A stretch of 64,000 bases of DNA, from the NCBI GenBank assembly GCA_001856825.1, contig ATMD01000001.1, forward strand, positions 389,078-453,077, written 5' to 3'. Positions within the stretch are counted from its first letter, which is position 1. Every line of letters starts with the position of its first letter. The notes beneath the pieces were generated by a model. It searched no databases. It was not told where the DNA came from and saw nothing but the letters and a program-made list of their open reading frames with translations. The position numbers and the translations under genes were made by a program. This document shows positions 57,839 to 64,000 of this stretch, one piece after another. Source of the DNA: Thermoplasmatales archaeon I-plasma. Its GTDB lineage: Archaea > Thermoplasmatota > Thermoplasmata > Thermoplasmatales > GCA-001856825.

Positions 57839-59609
57839 TGCAATAGAAGACCAGTTCCTCAAGCCGGAGAAAGGCAGAAGGACAATACTGAGGATGGTCA
57901 AGGACATACTGTACTGGAGACGAGATTCTGCAGTTTTTACAACCTCAGTAGTTATAACCGCTATAGCTGGAGTGCTATACCCCCTTGCACTTGGACTAGC
58001 TGTAAATTCAATACTCTCCAGGAACGTTGGTTCCCTCACAATTTACTCAGTACTCTTCTTCCTCATTTACTTCGTCCAATTCTTCAGCAACAGAACTATG
58101 TCCCTCAGCTCAACAAAGGTTGCTCAGGGGGTCATCAAAAGAATGAGGGATAGGGCATTCTACAATCTTCAGAAGGTTCCTCTGGAATTCTTCAGCAAGG
58201 TAAAGGCTGGATACCTGATCAGCAGGATTGAGAATGACTCTGAGTCCATATCAGACTTCCTTACTTATCAGCTTCCCCAGGTGATTTCCGGTGTAACTAC
58301 AATCATCATTGCAGCGGGCATAATGTTCTACCTTGATACCACTTTGGCTCTTTACAGTCTCCTTGTAATGCCTATACTTGGTCTTTTCACCCTTGTTATC
58401 CAGACAAAGGTAAGGGCAAACTACCTGAGAACGAGAAGGGCAATAGCTGCTATAACAGGGAATCTAGCAGAAACTATAGCTGCAATAAGGACAGTAAAGG
58501 CATTCAATGCAGAGTCGCAAATTGAGGACAGGTTCAAATTGTTGAACTCAGAAAACTTTGATGCAAACATGAAGGCGACCAGACTATCTTCGTCCTACAG
58601 TTCTGCCATTAGGGTAATAGAGGCAGTAGGAATCGTCCTGGTCATTTATGAGGGTTCAATAGCTCTGCTGAACGGTCAGATTAGCCTTGGTATCCTTGTC
58701 TCGTTCATAGCTTATGTGCAGCAATTCTTCAATCCCATTGTACAGCTCTCCCAGCTCTATAACACATATCAGAATTCAATGGTTGGTGCTTCCCGTATTT
58801 ACAGCATTATAGACAGCAGTCCAGAAAAAGACAGTGGAAACGTTGACATACAGAAATTCACGACTTCAATTGTTGGGAGAGGGATGAGAGTCACATACGA
58901 TGGGAGTGTGGCTCTCGACAGGGTGACAGTGGAAATAGACAAGGGAGAGTGCGTTGCCATCGTTGGGAGAACGGGTGCAGGAAAAACAACACTAACGAAC
59001 GTCATCTTAAAGTTCAAGTACCCCGACGAAGGGGATATTGCAATAGACTTAAAGGCATTGAATACGATAGATACAAAGGCCTATAGGAAATTGATAGTTC
59101 CTGTGCTCCAGGAACCTTTCTTATTTAATGGCTCAATATTTGATAACATTGAATATTCTAAAAAAGGCATAACGAAGGATGAGGTTCAATCCTTCATAAA
59201 CAATTATGGGATGAGTGAGATCTTCAGAACTCTTCCAAATGGTCTGGACTCGCCGGTCGGAGAGATGGGTAGGAATCTTTCAGAAGGTCAAAGGCAGGCG
59301 GTATCCATTCTTCGCGCTTTTGTCAGGAACCCAGACATAATAATAATGGACGAAGCAACCGCCCAGATTGATTCAAAGTCTGAAAAGAATATTATAACTG
59401 CCATGAGGAATTATGCGAAGAATGGGACTCTGATACTCATATCTCACCGTTTTTCACTGATCACCCTGTCAGACAGGATCATAGTTCTTGAAAAGGGGAA
59501 CATAGTTCAGGAGGGGAAGCTCGAAGTACTTGCAAATCGGGAGGGGGTTTTCAAAGACCTCTATAAGAGAAGCGTATCTGCCTACGTCCACGTCACAGGG
59601 GGTAGTTGA
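57822..59609 (+). CDS. ABC exporter half-transporter, partner subunit
   Basis: GRTGAGKT, degenerate LSEGQ, intact MDE and SHR; TM287/288-type asymmetric heterodimer. Confidence 0.92.
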   Translation: MSTGYDAIEDQFLKPEKGRRTILRMVKDILYWRRDSAVFTTSVVITAIAGVLYPLALGLAVNSILSRNVGSLTIYSVLFFLIYFVQFFSNRTMSLSSTKVAQGVIKRMRDRAFYNLQKVPLEFFSKVKAGYLISRIENDSESISDFLTYQLPQVISGVTTIIIAAGIMFYLDTTLALYSLLVMPILGLFTLVIQTKVRANYLRTRRAIAAITGNLAETIAAIRTVKAFNAESQIEDRFKLLNSENFDANMKATRLSSSYSSAIRVIEAVGIVLVIYEGSIALLNGQISLGILVSFIAYVQQFFNPIVQLSQLYNTYQNSMVGASRIYSIIDSSPEKDSGNVDIQKFTTSIVGRGMRVTYDGSVALDRVTVEIDKGECVAIVGRTGAGKTTLTNVILKFKYPDEGDIAIDLKALNTIDTKAYRKLIVPVLQEPFLFNGSIFDNIEYSKKGITKDEVQSFINNYGMSEIFRTLPNGLDSPVGEMGRNLSEGQRQAVSILRAFVRNPDIIIMDEATAQIDSKSEKNIITAMRNYAKNGTLILISHRFSLITLSDRIIVLEKGNIVQEGKLEVLANREGVFKDLYKRSVSAYVHVTGGS

Positions 59610-59698
59610 ACGGTTATCGTCATATCACCTCATTTTGATGCCAGTTCAGGGAATAGAAACGAAAAAGACATTCAGCAGGTAATATTATAGGATTAACA

Positions 59699-60814
59699 AT
59701 GCTGGAAAGAGCAAATATAGTGATCATAGGTGGAGGGGTTGTAGGACTTGCGGTCGCGGCCGAACTGTCAAAGGACAACGAGGGGGTGTTTGTATTTGAG
59801 AAGAACAAGAGATTAGGACAAGAAGTTAGCAGTCATAACAGCGGCGTTGTGCACTCTGGGATTCACTATCCAAAGAACTCATTTAAGGCAAAGCTGTGCG
59901 TTGCAGGGAATAAAATGATCTATGACATATGCACGAAGAGAGGATTACCATTCAAGAGGCTTGGAAAGCTTACGGTAGCGAATAGTGAAAACGAATTTAG
60001 GCAGATTGAATTGCTGAAGAAACAGGGGAAAGAAAACGGGGTGGATGGGCTGGAAGTGCTTGACTCAGAAGAGGTGAGGAAAATGGAGCCAGCAATTAGG
60101 GCAGAACAAGCATTATACTCTCCATCTTCCGGAATAATTGAGCCTGACTATCTTTTGGAATATTACAAATCACTTACCAGAATTAATGGGGGTGTTATTG
60201 TTCCGGATACTGAAGTGAAATCTGTCAAGAACAGGGATACGGGATATGAAATAGGAGGGCGTAATGGAGGAAGTAATTTTAGTTTGATGGCAAACACAAT
60301 CATCAACTCTGCAGGATTGGGCGCAGACAGAATAGCAGAAATTGCTGGGATGGACATAGAAGCACTGGGATATAGGCTCCATTTCTGTAAGGGGGACTAT
60401 TTCAGAATAGCAGACAGGCCACCGGTAAGCCATCTCGTGTACCCCGTGCCAGATGGACCGGGATTGGGTATTCACCTTACTCCTGACCTCTCTGGTTCCG
60501 TGAAAATGGGACCTAATGCATATTATGTTTCCAATTTAGATTATAGGGTTGAATCAGGCAAGGAAGATTTTCGGAAAGACGTCAGCAGATACCTTCCTTC
60601 TATAGTCAACATGCGTATAGAAGAGGATTCGTCTGGGATAAGACCCAAGCTGCAGGGACCAGGAGAGGGGTTCAGGGATTTCGTCATAAGGGAAGAGGGG
60701 AATCAGGGCTTTCCAGGATTTTTCAATTTAATAGGCATTGAGTCGCCAGGTCTTACAGCGTCACCAGCAATTGCAAGCTACGTATCCACACTTTATTCTG
60801 AGTGGAGAAAATGA
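59699..60814 (+). CDS. L-2-hydroxyglutarate oxidase-like FAD-dependent oxidoreductase
   Basis: IIGGGVVG, SSHNSGVVHSGI.Y, KGDYF, GLGIHLT, GIRPK, GIESPGLT. Confidence 0.88.
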   Translation: MLERANIVIIGGGVVGLAVAAELSKDNEGVFVFEKNKRLGQEVSSHNSGVVHSGIHYPKNSFKAKLCVAGNKMIYDICTKRGLPFKRLGKLTVANSENEFRQIELLKKQGKENGVDGLEVLDSEEVRKMEPAIRAEQALYSPSSGIIEPDYLLEYYKSLTRINGGVIVPDTEVKSVKNRDTGYEIGGRNGGSNFSLMANTIINSAGLGADRIAEIAGMDIEALGYRLHFCKGDYFRIADRPPVSHLVYPVPDGPGLGIHLTPDLSGSVKMGPNAYYVSNLDYRVESGKEDFRKDVSRYLPSIVNMRIEEDSSGIRPKLQGPGEGFRDFVIREEGNQGFPGFFNLIGIESPGLTASPAIASYVSTLYSEWRK

Positions 60815-60894
60815 TGAACAGTATGATTAGGTAGTAGTGACAGCGTTTCTCGTGTTGTACTTCTTATCGCATCATTTACAGCGAAGGCGGTGCA

Positions 60895-61332
60895 TTATTG
60901 TGAGTTTATTGGAGGTGGATGCCTTGCACTTTTCTCCAGAGAGTCTCGAATTTTCACATACGCAATTATTAGAAGTATCCCAGGGATTACACCTGCCAAG
61001 ATAAGCTGAATAATCCCAAGAATCAGTGAAGGCACTTCGGATTCCTTGACTTTCTCATGGGCGAGGTTCTTGTAGACTAGAAAGTAATCAAGCAGTATCC
61101 ACAGGAGGCCAATTAGAAAGAATATTGAGAAAACAGCAAGTATTATCAACGGAGCTGAAGAATTTACGGTAGTAGTTGTAACCACTCCTCCTGAACTTGT
61201 CACAACCCTCCCAACCGAAAAGTAAGCAGCAACACCAACTATTGCAACCGCACCAATTGCAAAAAACACTAATTGGAGTATTATCGCAACAAGCGTTAAT
61301 GTCTTGGCTGTGGAAGCGTCGCTATCTAACAT
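60895..61332 (-). CDS. Hypothetical 3-TM membrane protein
   Basis: Hydrophobic helices, LILGII...IPGILLIIA pattern. Confidence 0.75.
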   Translation of the reverse strand: MLDSDASTAKTLTLVAIILQLVFFAIGAVAIVGVAAYFSVGRVVTSSGGVVTTTTVNSSAPLIILAVFSIFFLIGLLWILLDYFLVYKNLAHEKVKESEVPSLILGIIQLILAGVIPGILLIIAYVKIRDSLEKSARHPPPINSQ

Positions 61333-61465
61333 GCTAGGGGTATTAAAGGATGAGATATAAAGTCCTAGGTATTATCATTTTGAGGGTCAGAACTCTGTTT
61401 GCAGAGGTCAGGCGGGTTCCATCTACCAGTGACCACACCTTCAATCAGCCAACCTAACAATGTCA

Positions 61466-62020
61466 TTAATTCGAAGTGTGAATTACGATCCATCCCTCTT
61501 CTGGAATGCCTATTATTGGGGGTTTACAGTGTTCATTCAATCTGTTTTGCCCGAGATTAGAATGTACCTCGATATTCAAATCGATTATTCCGAAGCCTTT
61601 GTATAATACTCCACCCGCATAACCACAATTGGCTAGTATTATTGCCCCCGCTGAATTTCCTATTACAACGCCACCAAAATCAGATATCTTTTCCTGTAAT
61701 GATTTTTTCTCAATTTCCCTCTTTAGAATCACGGGGTCTCCACCTGGCAAGTAGAGTATATCAGATTTCATGAACTTCTCCTCAATTTCAGTCTCAGTAT
61801 CACCCCTTTCTATGAATTCAATGGTCTGGAAACCGGCGTCTCTGAAATAGCTTAAATAAATCTCCCTGTATTTGTATTCCTTGTCCAGGGAATCAGTAGT
61901 CCAGGGAATGATGAGAATGCTGCTCACACTGGCGTTAGAGACTAGCTCCCTAAACAAATTACTCTGGTTCCTGATCTTTACATTCTCCCCCCCTTGAAGA
62001 ATAATTGTACGTGGGGTCAT
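61466..62020 (-). CDS. Peptidase S51 (dipeptidase E)-like class I glutamine amidotransferase-fold protein
   Basis: GGGE, LYLPGGD, GNSAGA nucleophile Ser, EVH, GIPE. Confidence 0.8.
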   Translation of the reverse strand: MTPRTIILQGGENVKIRNQSNLFRELVSNASVSSILIIPWTTDSLDKEYKYREIYLSYFRDAGFQTIEFIERGDTETEIEEKFMKSDILYLPGGDPVILKREIEKKSLQEKISDFGGVVIGNSAGAIILANCGYAGGVLYKGFGIIDLNIEVHSNLGQNRLNEHCKPPIIGIPEEGWIVIHTSN

Positions 62021-62235
62021 GTTAGGGTCATTCTCTTCAGGGAAAATAACGTTACCTCATTGAAGAACCAGACAATTCTTAATTTACCCCTTAGGTCCTT
62101 GAAGAACTTTAGTTTATAACTCCACATAAGCATTGATGACCACGGAAGGTACTATCAATCAATTAATCGAATCTTTTTGTATTTACAACACAGTGCGTCT
62201 TCATTCTGGAAAATTACGGCTACGCAAAATCACTA

Positions 62236-62308
62236 TAGCCCCGAGCAGATTCGAACTGCTGTCAACGGGTCCAGAGCCCGCTATGCTTGGCCACTACACC
62301 ACGGGGCT
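62236..62308 (-). tRNA. tRNA-Gln(CTG)
   Basis: AGCCCCG...CGGGGCTA, anticodon loop CT-CTG-GA, TTCGAAT loop; A1-U72 pair typical of archaeal tRNA-Gln. Confidence 0.96.
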
Positions 62309-62477
62309 AACGCATGTGATTACGAAGTAGTAGATAAAAATAGGCTATATTTGTTATCACTTTAAATTGGAGTGAAACTTATGTCCTTAAAATTCTAGAA
62401 TCTGCGAATCTAGATGCCCATGATATATTCCTAGCATTTTTATAGTTTTGATTGTTATGGAAGAAAGAGTGGAGTAC

Positions 62478-63248
62478 ATGGAAAAAGGAGACTTCATCAA
62501 ACTGCAATTCGACACCTATACCGAGGATGGCAAGCTAGTTGAAACCACGGACGAGAAAAAGGCAAAGGATAATGGAATCTATGATGAGCATTCATCTTAT
62601 AAACCAATTGTAACCATATTGGGTTCAGGAAGACTCCTCAAGGACCTTGAAGAAGATATCCAGAAAGCCAATGTCGGCGAGGAGAAGGAAATAGTGCTTC
62701 CCCCCGAAAAGGCATTTGGCGTAAGAGATTCAAATTCAGTAAAGGTTAGTTCCTACAGGGAAGTGGAAAGGGCCCTGATTGAAGAGGAAAAGAGAGCAGG
62801 AAGAAGTGGTAAGGACGTTTTTCCAGAGCCAGGAAAGATGGTCAGGATTGGGGGCAAGTACGGCAAGATAATGACGGTAACTGCAGGAAGGGTAGTTGTA
62901 GATTTCAATCACCCCCTAGCAGGTAAATCCATAAAGTACAGCTACAAAGTACTAGAGAAGATCGAAGGTGAACAGAACAAGGTGGCTGCAATAATAGAGA
63001 TCAATTTTTCAAGAGACTCCGACAAGTTCAAGATTGAAACAGGAGAAGAACTGACAATCACTATACCGGACTCTGCTAAGATAGACGATTCCTGGCCGCT
63101 GGCAAAGTTTGCTATTGTTGGTGCCATAAGGGAATATGTTGCAAACAAGACGGTAATCTTCAAAGAAATTTTCGAGAAGAGAGTTGAAGAGAAGAAGGAA
63201 GAAGAAAAAGCATCGGAACCTAAGGAAGAAGCCAAATCAACCAGTTGA
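62478..63248 (+). CDS. Archaeal long-type FKBP peptidyl-prolyl isomerase
   Basis: GDFI, DG...ETT, PPEKAFG.RD, VDFNHPLAGK; alternative start at 62457. Confidence 0.93.
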   Translation: MEKGDFIKLQFDTYTEDGKLVETTDEKKAKDNGIYDEHSSYKPIVTILGSGRLLKDLEEDIQKANVGEEKEIVLPPEKAFGVRDSNSVKVSSYREVERALIEEEKRAGRSGKDVFPEPGKMVRIGGKYGKIMTVTAGRVVVDFNHPLAGKSIKYSYKVLEKIEGEQNKVAAIIEINFSRDSDKFKIETGEELTITIPDSAKIDDSWPLAKFAIVGAIREYVANKTVIFKEIFEKRVEEKKEEEKASEPKEEAKSTS

Positions 63249-63257
63249 CGGGGAGAG

Positions 63258-64000
63258 ATGTCGGGACTAGAACAGAATAAGAAGGATATTGAAAAATCTT
63301 TAAGGGAGTATCAGTTCAAAAAATACATAGACGAAATCAGAAAACTAGAGGGGAGAGGGACCGAGTTGATCTCTGTTTACATCCCCCCAGAAAGGCAAAT
63401 AAGCGATGTAGTGAGCTACCTCAGGGACGAGTATTCAACATCCAGCAACATAAAGAGCAAAACGACAAGGAAGAATGTTACAACTGCAATTGAGAGCATC
63501 ATGAGCAAACTAAGGTACTACAAGAGCCCCCCTGAACACGGTCTAGCGATATTTGTAGGGTATGTCCCTACTAGAGGGGATAAGAGTGACATGGTAAGCT
63601 ATTTCATCGAGCCACCTCAATCAGTAACGAGCTTCCTTTACAGGTGTGATTCAAAGTTCTATCTGGAGCCAATACTCCCGATGCTAGAGAAGAAGGAAGT
63701 TTACGGCCTGATCGTGATAGACCGAGCGGAAGCGACAATAGGACTACTTAGAGGTTCACGTATAGAAATTATAGAAAACAAGGATTCACAGGTACCCAGC
63801 AAGCACCATCAGGGGGGCCAGAGTTCAAGAAGGTACGAAAGACTGATAGAAATAGCTGCACATGAATTCTTCACGAAGATAGGCGAGATTGCATCCAATG
63901 CATTTTTAAGAGAACCCAGTCTGAAGGGGGTTTTGATTGGTGGACCAGGGTCAACCAAGGAGTTCTTCTACAAGCACGGGTACCTGCATTACCAGATCCA
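63258..64000 (+). CDS. prf1: Peptide chain release factor aRF1 (3'-truncated by window; absent from ORF track)
   Basis: Manual translation MSGLEQNKK...[13 protein letters not shown]...NIKS...YRCDSKF...KHHQGGQS. Confidence 0.96.
   Translation, partial: MSGLEQNKKDIEKSLREYQFKKYIDEIRKLEGRGTELISVYIPPERQISDVVSYLRDEYSTSSNIKSKTTRKNVTTAIESIMSKLRYYKSPPEHGLAIFVGYVPTRGDKSDMVSYFIEPPQSVTSFLYRCDSKFYLEPILPMLEKKEVYGLIVIDRAEATIGLLRGSRIEIIENKDSQVPSKHHQGGQSSRRYERLIEIAAHEFFTKIGEIASNAFLREPSLKGVLIGGPGSTKEFFYKHGYLHYQI

Noticed and set aside
56111-59609. Degenerate ATPase motifs in the paired ABC half-transporters
   Set aside because: This is the well-known asymmetric heterodimeric exporter pattern, not novel
3807-60475. 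Numerous 60-210 aa antisense or overlapping ORFs (e.g. 3807-4298, 13781-14425, 35328-35867)
   Set aside because: Shadow frames of well-supported genes, with typical antisense composition
61380-61445. Purine-riboswitch-like TCTACCAG with small hairpins
   Set aside because: Lacks the other conserved junction and loop sequences and is not oriented upstream of a purine gene
62133-62365. Short plus-strand ORFs
   Set aside because: Antisense to tRNA-Gln; spurious
1-64000. CRISPR arrays, rRNA, IS elements, tRNA introns, selenocysteine machinery
   Set aside because: No regularly spaced repeats, rRNA signatures, transposase motifs or BHB introns seen; the SelB-like protein lacks a P-loop and no tRNA-Sec or SECIS is evident

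Overview
Archaeal chromosomal window, most consistent with an acidophilic Thermoplasmata-type heterotroph. Evidence: aRF1, archaeal FKBP, Nep1-like and Pcc1-like proteins, thermopsin, three intron-less tRNAs without encoded CCA, RNase P RNA and TATA-box promoters. It is densely coding (about 60 genes) and dominated by peptide/amino-acid catabolism, transporters and a 10-kb cytochrome c-free respiratory cluster (Rieske/cytochrome b, blue-copper protein, CuA/heme-copper oxidase, heme O synthase, CcoG-like Fe-S membrane protein). No CRISPR array, rRNA, transposase or integrase was recognised. Three genes each carry one extra base, probably assembly errors. The top candidate for an undescribed system is an AT-rich cassette at the 3' end of tRNA-Arg(GCG) (7.0-10.1 kb). 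It contains two tandem paralogous Zn-finger/winged-helix/beta-domain proteins, an unannotated 31-aa hydrophobic peptide gene and two coupled orphan genes. A perfect 27-bp palindrome sits midway between the divergent start codons, so this may be a peptide-responsive regulatory switch. The second candidate is a catabolic block joining two-subunit aconitase X, a 2-hydroxyacid dehydrogenase and an APC permease to hutU/hutG-like genes, with no hutH in view. All functional calls come from motif recognition by eye; no searches were run.
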